From NCBI GenBank assembly GCA_964016885.1, contig OZ024743.1:74276001-74340000 (forward strand): a DNA stretch of 64,000 nucleotides. Direction: 5' to 3'. Shown here in pieces: positions 28,581-46,903 of this stretch; position 1 is the first letter of the stretch, and every line of letters starts with the position of its first letter. A model generated the notes under the pieces. It made no database searches. It was not told the DNA's origin and saw nothing but the letters and a program-made list of their open reading frames with translations. The position numbers and the translations under genes were made by a program. This stretch comes from Eledone cirrhosa. Its lineage: Eukaryota.

Positions 28581-28583
<3 letters not shown>
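28330..28583 (+). mobile_element. Penelope-like LTR with a mutated hammerhead (28386-28451); partial duplicate at 28829-28915
   Basis: TATTTTAT-CTGTTGA-...-GAAG-TATATA-TA-ATAAAATA, then TTGAGTGCT and (TA)n. Same family as 46902-47150 (minus). Confidence 0.7.
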
Positions 28584-28644
<61 letters not shown>

Positions 28645-28910
28645 ATAATGATGGAAAGATTAGCTTTTAAATGAATTAAAATGTTTCAAGAGAGCTGTAC
28701 ATCCAATTATTCAAATATATATATGCACTTCTCCATCATATAAACCCTTTAAAGTAAGTCTGTCTCAAGCCAGAAGGCTCCAGAGACAGAAAGTATGATA
28801 CATAATAGCTGTCCATTCCAGGGTTAAACCATAACTTGCCTTGGTTGCCCTTGAAACATATATAATAAAATAATTATGGTTTTATAAATATAGTTTCCAT
28901 TTATTAATAT

Positions 28911-29014
<104 letters not shown>

Positions 29015-29152
29015 TGTATGTATACATACATGTATGTATATATATATATATCGTCGAAACGGCTTGAGCTCTGCCGTCGGGGTCATACTTTTTTATATAT
29101 ATATATACATAAATATATATATATGTATATATATATATGTATATATTATGTA

Positions 29153-29185
<33 letters not shown>

Positions 29186-29189
<4 letters not shown>

Positions 29190-32100
29190 CAAAGGAGCTT
29201 CGACGTTACGATTTTGACATCGTGGCTTTATCTGAGACGAGGTTAGCTGGAGATGGTCATCTTACAGAATTTTGTGGAGAATATACATTCTTCTGGATAG
29301 GAAGAGATGAAGGAACCAGAAGAGAGACTGGTGTAGCATTTCCTGTTAAGACTGTTCTTGTGAATAAATTAGAAGAATTCCCAGTAGGGATTAGTGAGTG
29401 TCTTATGTCCTTGAGAATTCTGCTCGACAAAGGAAGATATGCGACCCTGGTGAGTGTGTATGCTCCAACTATGAATTCTGTCGATGAAGAAAAAGTATTC
29501 TTTTACCATGCCTTGAAAAGTGTTTTAAGAAATATCCCTCAGGCAGACAAAGTCATCGTGCTTGGTGACTTTAATGCTAGAGTGGGTAGGGATTTTAACA
29601 CATGGAATGTAATCGGAAGGCATGGGGTTGGAAAGTGTAACAACAATGGTATGTTCCTGCTGCAGATGTGTGAGGAGCTGGATCTGTGTGTTACCAACAC
29701 CATGTTCCAACAAAAGAACAAATTTAAGACCACATGGATGCATCCTGCATCTAAGGAATGGCATCTTTTGGACTACGTCCTAGTCAGGATGCGTGACAGA
29801 CAGGATGTGCAGTGTGTTCGTGCTCTTCGCGGAGCTGAGTGCTGGACGGACCACCGCCTGGTACGCGCAAAAGTGAAACTAATCACTAAACGTAAAATCC
29901 AGTCTCCTGTTGTTGCCGTGCCCATAAGATTGAATGTTGCTCGTCTTAATGATAAAAATGTGAAGAGGACATTGCAAGAAGAGATGCAGGTTGCAGATCT
30001 TGGTGAGGATTGGCCGACACTTAAAAAGTCGGTTTATGATGTAGGCAGGTGTGTTCTGGGATTGGTGCAGAGAAAACATCAAGACTGACTTAATGAGAAT
30101 GATGAACATATAGAAGACTTGTTGACTGATAAGAGGCGTGCTCTGTCACGCTACTTGACGGCAAAACCACAGGAGAAGAATATGTTGCATAAGGAACTCA
30201 AGGATGTGAAATCACGTGTTAGGCGGAGTCTTTCTCAGATGAAGGATCAGTGGTGGAGTGAGAAGACAGATGAGATACAAACTGCGTCAGATTCCAATAA
30301 CACAAAGCTGTTGTACAGTCTCTTGCGTGAAGTTTATGGACCGTCTTCTTCTAAGGTGACACCGCTACGCATCAAGGATGGCAAAGAACTTCTTCGTGAC
30401 TCACAAGGAATTCTACGAAGGTGGCGAGAGCACTTTGATGATCTTTTGAATCAGCCGTCTATCGTCAATGAAGATTTCCTCAATCTCATTCCAGAAAGTC
30501 CCGTGAAAGTAGCTCTCGCAAAAACCTCCGAAGCTTGTGGAGGTTGCAGTGGCTATCTAGAAGCTGTACAGTGGAAGGTCTCCAGGTATGGATGGCATAC
30601 ATGCTGAGCTCCTACAATATGGTGGTGAGAGACACTTGCAACATCTTCACTCTTTGTTTGGCAGGATATGGGCTAATGAATCCATACCTGAGGACTGGAG
30701 AGATGCAGTAATGGTCGTCGTGTACAAGGGAAAGGGTAACAGGAATGATTGTGGGAACTACAGAGGTATATCATTCCTTTCTGTCGTAGGGAAAGTTTTA
30801 TGTAGTGTGCTTCTGGACCGTCTGCTGACACACATTGCAGATTGTGTTCTTCCTGAAAGTCAATCTGGTTTTCGTGCTGGACGTAACACTACTTATATAA
30901 TCTTCTCAGCTAGACAGCTCCAGGAGAAGTGCATGGAACAAGGTTTGGATCTGTATCAGGTTTTTGTCGATCTGTCAAAAGCTTTCAATACTGTTAACAG
31001 AAATGCATTATGGAAGGTTCTTCAGAAACTTGGTTGCTCTGATAAGTTCCTTGATTTAGTTAGGTCTTTCCATGACGACATGAAGGCTTGGGTTAATGTC
31101 AGAGGTAACATGTCGGAGACTATCTCAGTAAAAACTGGAGTGAAACAGGGGGATATTCCATCACCGACCCTGTTTGCCATATACTTTGCAATGGTTTTCT
31201 ATATTGCATTCAGGAATTGCGAGCATGGTTTTTACATCCGATATCGAACCTCAGGCAACATATTTAACATCAGGCGCTTTGCTGCAAAAACAAAAGAATT
31301 TACATCAATCAAAATAGACCTCTTGGGAAGCACTGTCAATCGATACAGCAACCTTGATAGTGAAATCCCACTCAGGATTAGGAAAGTAAGTGATGCTTTC
31401 AGATTCCTAGAAAGGCGACTCTGGGGTCGGCGAGACATATGCAAGAAGACAAAGCTAAAGGTGTACAAGGCATGTGTGCTCTCTTCTCGTCTTTATGCCT
31501 GCGAGACCTGGGTCACATATCGACACCACCTTAAGCAATTGGAGCGTTTCCATCAGATGTGTCTCAGACGGATCCATAGCGTTCACTGGAGAGACCACAT
31601 CAGTGATGTCGAGATTTTGGAAAGCTCTATGTGTGACAGTATAGAAGCTCTGGTGCTTAAGAAATGACTCCGTTGCAGTGGTCACCTTGCCAGGATGAAG
31701 GATTCTAGAATACCAAAACAACTCTTTTATGGAAAGTTAGTTAAAGGAAAACGACCGTCACACAAACCAAAAAAGTGGTAAAAGGATTCCTTGAAAGCCT
31801 CTTTGGACGCTAACATCTCTGCTGATACATGGGAAAATGTTACTGCTGACCGTAATAAATGGAGAAAGACTGATGTGAGGGAAAAGTTGCCTTTGAGGCA
31901 TCTCGAATCGCATACGAGAAAGTAAACCGGGATGTGAGGAAGGGCATTGCTGTTGCACTTCCAGACGGCGAAGGTCCTTCTATGGTGCTGACATGCAGCG
32001 TCTGTGCGAGACTCTGCCTAATCAAAGCTGGACTCGAAAGTCATCTTCGCAGTCATAAAGTAAGACCAGTGGTTGACAACCAGGCTGCTGTTGGAGATGC

Positions 32101-32480
32101 TACTCATCATGCTTGCCAAACATGTGGTAGAGAATGTAAATCAGCAGTAGGGCTCAAGCGACATACAAAAGTACATGAACTCCAACCACAGCCGGCTATT
32201 CCCAGTGAATGTTTTGTTTGCCGACTCTGTTTAAGACATTTTAGATCATTGGCTTGGCTAAAATGACACATTCGATCGCAGCGCTGTTAATTGCTATCGT
32301 CTGTGTGTGTAAAGATATGTTTATGTGTGTGCGTATGTGTGTATATATATATATGTGTGTATATTATTATTGTTGTTGTTGTCGTTATTAATATTGTTGT
32401 TATTGTTATTATTATTGTTATTATTATGTTTTTTTTGTTTTCTTTCTCGTGCAATGGCCATACTCGATAACGAGGGGGCA

Positions 32481-32488
<8 letters not shown>
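29186..32488 (+). mobile_element. RTE/BovB-like LINE, near full-length ORF2 (APE-RT-C2H2), inside (TA)n, with internal deletion of the YADD region
   Basis: APE motifs [22 protein letters not shown] and TDH. RT continues to KQGD, then jumps at ~31322 directly to LGST. C2H2 fingers at 31934-32266. Confidence 0.92.
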
Positions 32489-32567
<79 letters not shown>

Positions 32568-32568
<1 letters not shown>

Positions 32569-33128
32569 TTAGTCCTTCATCAGTGATCTTCCAACTTTCA
32601 TTGGTATTTCATCGCTTTAAAAATCATATACTTCTAGTTGGTGCGAGCAATAATTCAATAAAGTTATTGGGACAATTAAAATAGGGTGAAACGAGCGAGA
32701 CATATAAACAAACAACGATGGTATTGCAACGGAACGATAGGAAGAAACAAGTACATGATATCTGTAAGCTTAAGCTTGGTGAATTCATGGACGAGAGATA
32801 CAGACCATCCGACATGGGTGAGATGTGAGCGAGAAAAGGATTTCACACAGGTCAAACGGGAGGAAGTGAGAGAGGGGGAGAAGCAGAGAGTGAGTGAGTG
32901 GTAGTGTGAGGAAGAGACCAGCCGAGAGAGAGTGTGTGACTGGCAGAGGGGGTAAAAAGGTGAGAGATACAGAGAGAGGGGAAGAAGTAAGGAAGAAACA
33001 GACAATCGTAGCTGAGGAAAAAATATAAATATGAGAAAAATGGAGATCTGCGTGGTTGCACATGGGTTACATATGAATCAAATTAGTCTTTCATCAGTGA
33101 TCTTCCAACTTTCATTGGTATTTCATCG

Positions 33129-33132
<4 letters not shown>
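32568..33132 (-). mobile_element. Non-coding repeat unit with ~50 bp terminal direct repeats between (TA)n tracts
   Basis: ATTAGTCYTTCATCAGTGATCTTCCAACTTTCATTGGTATTTCATCGCTTTA at 32568-32620 and 33082-33132. Circular permutation of the 7956-8595 family. Confidence 0.7.
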
Positions 33133-33202
<70 letters not shown>

Positions 33203-33341
33203 TAATAAAAACAATGAATAAAAACAAAGAACAAGTTCCTTATATTAAAAAATTCATAATTTTACGATCGTTTCTAGGATATGTATGTGTGTTGGTATGT
33301 ATATCATATAGATCTATGTAAAAATATTACAAACTATCAGC

Positions 33342-33432
33342 GGAAATATACATACCTTCACATATATATGCTGTCTTCTGAAGACAGCATATATATGTGA
33401 AGGTATGTATATCTCCAAAACATGCTAAAGAC
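33342..33432 (+). repeat. Palindrome centred on a degenerate hammerhead core
   Basis: Arms span 33342-33416. Motif GTCTT-CTGAAGA-...-AAAA-CATGC-TA-AAGAC. Confidence 0.65.
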
Positions 33433-33661
33433 AAATCTCCACAAAAAGAACATTGTCGGGGAAAACGATGTGACGGTCATTTATCTATGAATAATTCCAG
33501 TGAAAGTGTATTGGATGTCAAACACTAACATTATATCGAGAATCGGAAGTTGGAATAAGCAAACATTGCACCAAATGGGAAGATGGTACATCTTGGATAC
33601 ATACATACATACATACATACATACATACATACATACATACATACATACATACATACATACA

Positions 33662-34272
33662 TGGTGGCTGCCAACTCGTTTTCGAGTACGGCCACTACTT
33701 TATATCCATGTAGGAGAACCCCTACCGATGCGCTGAACGAGTGTGACTTTTTAGTCCAGCCAGCGACTTGAAAACTCTGGTACAAACACTACACTTGTGA
33801 CAATTATTGACACATAGTGCTTTGCATTTGGTACCATGTGACGACAAGTGTAGAGAGATCTCCAGATATAAAGCAATGCCTGTGCCGTGAAGCTTTTATA
33901 GTGAGCAAAGGCACTGCACAAAGCCAGTCCCACTCTCTTAACCAAGATGATATTTACCAAAAAGAAGAACAAGTCAACATCATTGGATACCATCAGGGTT
34001 GCAGGTGTTATATCAGAGTTTTCCTTCTCCTAGAATTCTGCCTTGACAAAGGCTAAGGGGTCATCTCTCCCGGTGATTTTGGATGGCCATTGACTCTTAA
34101 GAGCTCCTTTGCCCTTTGACAGGTTTTGTTTTTAGTCCTGCAGGATGTCCAAAGTCACCCTCCTCACCAAGAAACCTTGGTGGGGTTGCCAGTTTAGTCG
34201 CCAACGACCCGACCATGAGACAGGTTGTACTGGGATACATGTTACCAGTAGCACCAAGTGGTGACCTGACAT
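33662..34272 (-). mobile_element. RTE-type 5' UTR fragment between (TACA)n tracts, with an HDV-like ribozyme candidate at its 5' end
   Basis: Contains CTAGGAGAAGGAAAACTCTGA, typical of RTE leaders. Related pieces at ~15390-15460 and 34440-34600. An RTE 3' terminus sits at 34358-34395. Confidence 0.55.
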
Positions 34273-34626
34273 AACATACATACATACATACATACATACA
34301 TACATACATACATACATACATACATACATACATACATACATACATACATACATACATGTTGGCTGCCCGCTCATTATCGAGTATGGCCATTGCACGATAT
34401 ACCATTATTAATAATTAATTATTAATTAATTCTAATCTCTATATCGGAGTTATCCCAGTTTCCTGAGTTGCCTTCTCCTAGAAGAATGCCCTGACAAAGG
34501 CTAGGGGTTCTTCACTCCCAGTGGTTTAACCGTGCGGTTCATGTGTATATACATATTTACACACTTATGAATGGTCGTTGACTCTTATGAGTTCTTCCGC
34601 CTTTACATACATACATACATACATAT

Positions 34627-34945
34627 CAGAGTGTCACTCCAGGTAAAGCTGCTACTTCTTCGAATTGAGAGGTCACAGCTGTGATATTACAGGCATGTGG
34701 TTAGAATATCTCAGGAAAGAATCACTGGACATATTTTACTGGAAAAACCAACCGGTAGGAGAACCTGGGATAGACCCCGAACAAAATGGTTGGATAATAT
34801 CCATGAGCTTGGCTGGTTTCACTTGGAGATCCAACCGGATCAGTTTGAGACGGTTTCTCCCAATAGGACCCACTGGAATGAGCGTCTGAGGACTCTGCCC
34901 CGACGAGCCATTCAGGAATATGTGGGCGAAGAAGAAGACGACGTC
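34627..34945 (+). mobile_element. 3' fragment of an RTE-clade LINE with a (GAA)n tail
   Basis: HVVRISQERITGHILLEKPTGRRTWDRPRTKWLDNI. Homologous to 63430-63925. Confidence 0.75.
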
Positions 34946-35107
34946 ATTCCTACTGTTTTTTCCGTTTCGAGACATTTCACCAAACACTAAATCAAACCAC
35001 ATTCTGTTCTTTCCAACATTTTATTTTCCAAGTAAAACTCAACAGCTTAAATTAATCTCACACTGTAGTAACGTCATCCCCGGTTATTCGTCTTCCGATG
35101 ACTAAAG

Positions 35108-35375
35108 TACGAGGTAGACCCATGAGCTTTTGAGAATTTTATCAGAGACCTTTATTTAACTCAGATCAACACAAAACTCTAGTCTCCCTCAAAGTAGGAT
35201 CCTCCAACTTCAATGCACTTGTAGAGCTCCAGCCACTTCTTGAAGGCCTCCTTGTAGTCCTCCAAAGTGAAGGTGTCTAGGGCGCTTGTCACAACTACCT
35301 TCATCTCCAAATTCTTATAGTGGATATCCCTGAGGAACATCATAAGTCGTATTCAAACTTTTCAACATACCCTTC
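35108..35375 (-). mobile_element. mariner transposase 3' remnant
   Basis: Minus translation KKWLELYKCIEVGGSYFEGD*, which matches the mariner C-terminus. TACGAGG terminus at 35108. Confidence 0.65.
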
Positions 35376-36136
35376 CCCTCATCATATCACTAGAAAAATG
35401 AATTTAATTTAGAGAGATGTGTATATTCCATATATAGTCGTGTTGATTATGAAACATTACCCATCTACTAAATAGTTTATCTTCAGATATATGTTCTAGA
35501 ATATTCCATTATGGAGTATTTTACTAAATAGATCTGTCGGTGGAAATCAATATTTATGTATTTGTTGATTTCCCGCTATTGTTTCACTGCGAACTAACTA
35601 TTGTCTACAATGATATATTCTCATAGGAATTGCGCCTTGTCGTGGGGGGCATATTTTCCTGTTCGCTTATGTATATCATGTCACTTTCTTTTCACACAAA
35701 AGTAAATTTCTAACTTATATTCATCTTATCATTACATATGCTTGTATTAGAACTGATATATAATTATTTATCTCTAAACCTAGCTTATACATCTGTTCAT
35801 ACGTTTCTTTGTTGAAACTGTTGTGATAATGGAATCATTTTTAGAATAGATCGCTGTTTCGTGTTAAAATTTTATTAGGTACAGGACATCATCAAAAATA
35901 CATAGTTGAAATATATATTGAAATATATATTGAATTCAGATTACAAAAATACCAACCTGCTGAAGCAGTGAAAGGAGAATTTTCAATGAGGTAGTATAGG
36001 TTATGATAGTGAGAGGTGGGGAGAGCGAAAGAGACAGAGGCAGTGACTATACCAGCATTGCTGAAGTATTTTTTAGAGTTGAATACTAAGTGATTTTACA
36101 ATAAATAGGTAGATAGCCATATATACACACCCGTAT

Positions 36137-41660
<5,524 letters not shown>

Positions 41661-41667
41661 CAGTAAC

Positions 41668-41709
<42 letters not shown>

Positions 41710-41714
<5 letters not shown>

Positions 41715-44700
41715 GGGAAGAAGACGCACGAGGTGGTAGAAGGTCATGAAATCGCTCCCGTAAGTTTTGAATTTTTAACATATTTAAATCATTTGTGAAA
41801 TAACAACTCTTAGTACAAATGCTACGTAAAGCATCCGGCTTGAGCCCCAAAAAATTCGGACCCAAAATATATTGTTATAAGGCTCAAATATTCAAATATT
41901 CAACTTTGTATTGTACATTGTATATTCAAAAAAGAAAATGGCTATAAATGGAAGAAGAAGACCCCCCCCCCCCCTCCTATGTCTACACTATATAGAACAG
42001 CCAAACAACACCAATCTCACCAACACCAGAAACTAGATACACCACCTACCCCATCACCTCTCTATGTACACTAAACACAACAGCCAGATAACGGCAATTT
42101 CACCACCACCACTCACTACTGCCATCATTACCACCACTATCCCATCACCGCCGCCACCACTCCTTCATTGCTACCACCGCTACAACACCATCACTACAGT
42201 AATACGATCACATCACCACCACCACTGCCTCGGTATCGACATCACCACCACCACTGTCTCAGTATCGATACCGCCGCTACTGTCTCCCACATCTTACCAC
42301 TGTCCCATCGTCGCCGCCACCACTCCTTCAATGCTACCACCACTACTCCCCTGTTAACTTGAGAGAGAAAGGGGAAGGTGGCGGTATCACTAGACAAGGG
42401 AGAGGCTAGAAAAAGATATAAATAGATTGACTTAGTGACCTGGCCGCCGGCCAAACGTCAACGTCAACAACTATGGGACTGCTGGCTCACCCCTTCCTCA
42501 CCAACAATATAAAAAGCCCCGGCACCACCACCGACATAGCCAACAACCATAACAGCCAACTACAACAAAAAGTATATTATATTATTGTAATGCACTGGGT
42601 GATTGCTGGCCTTGTGCCTGGAGTGGAGACAATTATTAATAATTTCATTCTTAAGCCACGCAATGCTCACATTAAGGAACCACTCATGATAATAACAATT
42701 TAAAAAAAAACAACAAAAAGAAAACCCCGTGACCAAGAAATACCGGGATGGCGGCCGGCGTGGAATAGCCGTGTCTCTAGGGGAGAACGACCCCTCTAGT
42801 CTTGGTTGACACTCGTTCTAGAAGTGGTAACACGAAATGATTACCCCTTGGCGGATAAGGATAAAACGCGACAAAATAAAGTAAATGTCTAATGATAAAA
42901 TCTCATACCGGATCGGCCGTCACCCGGGTAAAAAAGGGCCGCGTCCCTCAGAGAGGAACCAGACTGGGGTCGAAAAATCAGCTAATGGTTCAAACCTTCC
43001 CATCACTTCGGAGCTGGAGACCTCCAATAACCGGAATACTCCTACTGTTGGCCCTCCATGCTCACCACCAAGAAATCCAAAGAAAAAGAGAGAAAAACGG
43101 TCAAGGGAAGATAATAAAGAAGTCCTTGAGGCTTTCTACACTGCCATGTACTACCCATCAAATACATCGAATACAGAACAGACATATATCAACTGGAAAA
43201 AGAAACATCCCGAAAACAGAGGCTATATTGACAGTAACAAACTAGCCAATATACGAAGAAATATTGTAAGAAAAAAGTTACTAACTGATATAGAAATTGA
43301 TCAGATCAAGCTATTAGCACAAAGTCAGCGAAGGGAAAATGAAACTTGTGTCAGTGAAAACGAGGTAAACTGTAACACTTCGAATCCCAGGGTTGGGGCG
43401 GAATCACTGGCAACAGAACAAATTAAAGAAAGGATCGAAAAAGTGGAGGGAGTGCATGCTCAGGATGAAACTCCAAATGAAAATAATGAGATCGTAAATG
43501 ATAAAGAAATGAATGAGAATGAACTTGCCATCTTGAAGGATGAAATTATGATCGAATGGATGAAAATGAAAGAATCTGACATGGGGCAACGAGACACCCT
43601 CCCTAAGATCCAGAACTCCAAACAGAACCAAAAGATAATACACAATACTAACATAATTCTCAAAAACATTATCATCACAAACAAACTAAACATTACTGAT
43701 TTAAATCATCTCTATTATGCATCGGCTAAAGTCACCACTCACTTATGTGGAGTGAAGATGAAAAAACAAAGGAATTCCCACAAGAAATCTACTTGGCAAG
43801 AGAACATCAATCGCCAAATAAACCTTCTCCGATCTGACATAGACATTTTAACAAACTATAAAGTAGGTGAACATGTTAAACAAACTAAACTTAGAAAATT
43901 GAAAAAAAAGTAGAGTATAAAATCAACATGTGACATAGACATGCTGATAGAAATAATCAAGCAAAAAGTGTCGGCCAAAGCTGCTCGTATAAGGCGATTT
44001 GAAAAACGATCTAGATTCTATAAGGACAATAATATGTTCAAAAACAACCAAAGAAACTTCTACAGAAAAATTGGTAAGTCAACAATAACTGCTAAATCAA
44101 TACCACCCAAGGAGGAAGTGCAAGAATTCTGGGAAAAGATCTGGGCCGAAGAAAAAGTTCATAACATACATGCCCCATGGACAGACAGACAAATGAAAGA
44201 TACAGCTCACCTTGAGGAACAAATATGGGAAAATATAACAGTTGAACAGTTGCGCTTGGCTCTAAGAAAAACCAGCAAATGGAAATCCCCAGGAAAAGAC
44301 AAAATACAAAACTTTTGGATAAATGCCTTCACAGAGTCTTATGAGCTGTTAGCCCAACTTTACAATGAAATAGTTAAGGAGCCAGAAAAGATACCATCAT
44401 GGCTAGTTAAGGGCATTACATTCCTGCTTCCGAAGAATGATGAAACAAACAATCCCCAAAATTACAGACCGATAACTTTCTTGACCACAATGTATAAAAT
44501 TTTAACATCAGTCCTAACTGAATACACATATGACCACCTGATAACAAATGACCTATTTCCCATTGAGCAGAAAGGGTGTAAACGAGGCTCATATGGCTGT
44601 AAGGATCAGCTTCTAGTTAACAAAATGATACTGGAAGATTGTCATAATAGACACAAAAATCTATCGATTGCTTGGATAGATTATAAAAAAGCATTCGATA

Positions 44701-46682
44701 GTTTGCCACACAGTTGGATTGAAAAATGTTTGGAGATTTTCAAAATATCCCCCGTTGTCAGGAGGTTTTTGTCATTCAGTATGAAGACATGGAAAACGAC
44801 ACTCCTTTTGAATAGTGAAACAAAATCACTGGAAGCTGGAGAAGTTAATATTAATTGTGGAATTTTTCAGGGTGACTCTTTATCACCGCTTTTATTCTGC
44901 ATCGCACTTATACCATTAAGTAAAATGCTCAATGAAACAAAACATGGATATAAAGTCTATGACAAAACCATTAATCACCTGTTCTACATGGATGACCTGA
45001 AACTATTTGCAAAAAATGATGAACAATTGCAAGGGCTATTATCCACTGTGGAGCAGTTCAGTGATCACATTAAAATGGAGTTTGGACTAGATAAATGCGC
45101 CAAAGCAACGTTCACCAGAGGAAAGCTGCTGCAGAGTTCAGACATTAATCTTGATCGGGGGAACGTGATAAGAGAACTTGATCAAGAAAAAACTTACAAA
45201 TATCTAGGTGTTTGTGAAGGAGACGGAATCAAGCACTCGACAATGAGGGAAAGGATAAGGAAGGAATGTTACCGCAGAGTAAGAGCAATCTTAAGAACGG
45301 AATTGAATGCAAGGAATAGGATCGATGCCATAAACACGCTTGCCATACCAGTAGTAACCTACAGTTACAATGTCATCAACTGGTCAAGCACAGAGATCCG
45401 TAGGCTCGATACAAAAATTCGAAAATTCTTAACCATGCACAGAATGCATCACCCTAAGGCAGATATAGATAGAATATATCTCCCTAGGAAAGAAGGAGAA
45501 CGTGGGTTAATCCAGTTAGACATTGCGTTGAAAACTGCAACAATTGGATTATCTACATATCTAAGGGAATCACATGATTGGATGATCAAACTCGTTTTGA
45601 AACACGAAAGCATCAAAAGGTCATATTCCATTACAAAAGATGCACAAAGATACAGTAATGGACTACAAATTTCAGAAGTCCCATTTACTGCTGAAATGGA
45701 AAACACAGAAAAAGCAAAGCAGGTAAAAGTAACTGCAAAGAAAGAACTGCTACAGAAACTGGCTAAGAAATGGCAAGAAAAGCCTCTGTATGGAAAATAC
45801 CCAGAGCGAGCTAACAATCCTGATGTTGACAAAACTTTAACCCATCAGTGGTTGGCATCCTCTGGACTGAAATCGGAGACTGAAGGACTGATTATATCAG
45901 CACAAGATCAGTGTCTGCCAACAAAAAATTACCAAGCCAACATAATAAAAAATGGGTGCAGCCCATTATGCCGTGTATGCAAAAAACAACCAGAGACCAT
46001 TGACCATATAATTTCAATGTGCAGTCCTATAGCTCCAACCGAATACCTAAACAGGTATGACAGAGCTGCACAATACATACATTGGATAATGTGTAAGCAT
46101 TTTGACCTGCCCCATCAAAAGAATTGGTGGGATCATCAACCACCTCCCATACTTGAAAAAGATCACATCTCAATCTTGTGGAACTTTAGCATCCAAACAG
46201 ACCGAAAAATAGATGCAAATAGACCTGATATAATATTGAAGGACTTTCAAAAGAGGGTATGCCTGCTAATTGATATGTCTGTTCCAATAGACAAGAATGT
46301 ATCTATAAAAACATTTGAAAAATTGAGCAAGTATAAGGACCTGGAGATAGAAATTAGAAAAATGTGGAAATTGAGAACTAAAACAATACCAGTGGTTGTA
46401 GGCGCTCTGGGAATGATACCTAAGGGGACTAATGATTACATATCGCAAATCCCAGGAAACCCGCGTATAGGAGAAATACAAAAGATAGTACTAATGGGAA
46501 CTGCTCATATACTAAGGAAGATTCTGTCAATATAAGTACATCACAAGTCTAAACACTAAAGATGCATGTGTGAATATGTATGTTCTTTCTTGAACATGGC
46601 GGACCTTGTTGTCTCTTGAGGTCACTGGTTGTGACTTGGTGATAACTCGTATGAACATAAAGTAAGATAAATGCAACTATAA
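41710..46682 (+). mobile_element. R4/Dong-like family B, full-length copy
   Basis: ~1.17 kb leader, single ORF, 3' UTR, and (TAA)n on both sides. Colinear with 2345-7241. Confidence 0.93.
42885..46535 (+). pseudogene. ~1216-codon RT/RLE polyprotein interrupted by one in-frame TAG
   Basis: ORFs 42885-43913 and 43941-46535 are in the same frame. TAG at 43911 is TAC in the sister copy (~4516). RHD has become RYD. Confidence 0.9.
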
Positions 46683-46691
46683 TAATAATAA

Positions 46692-46867
46692 TATAGAAAT
46701 GGCTTCTACAAGACTAGAACTGTTTCATTCGGGAGAAATCATCAAAAATAAAACAGTTCTCGTCTTGTAGAAGCTATTTCTATATTAAATATTTATACTC
46801 TGCTATGTATTGAGTATCTTATTTACTTATTTACTGTGGTTATCTCCGATTGAACCCGGAATAAACT

Positions 46868-46870
<3 letters not shown>
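46692..46870. mobile_element. Small fold-back Penelope-like LTR remnant
   Basis: Inverted arms ~46692-46724 and ~46750-46785 carry (G)AAACAGTTCTMGTC-TTGTAG, followed by TTGAGTATC and (TA)n. Confidence 0.6.
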
Positions 46871-46901
<31 letters not shown>

Positions 46902-46903
<2 letters not shown>

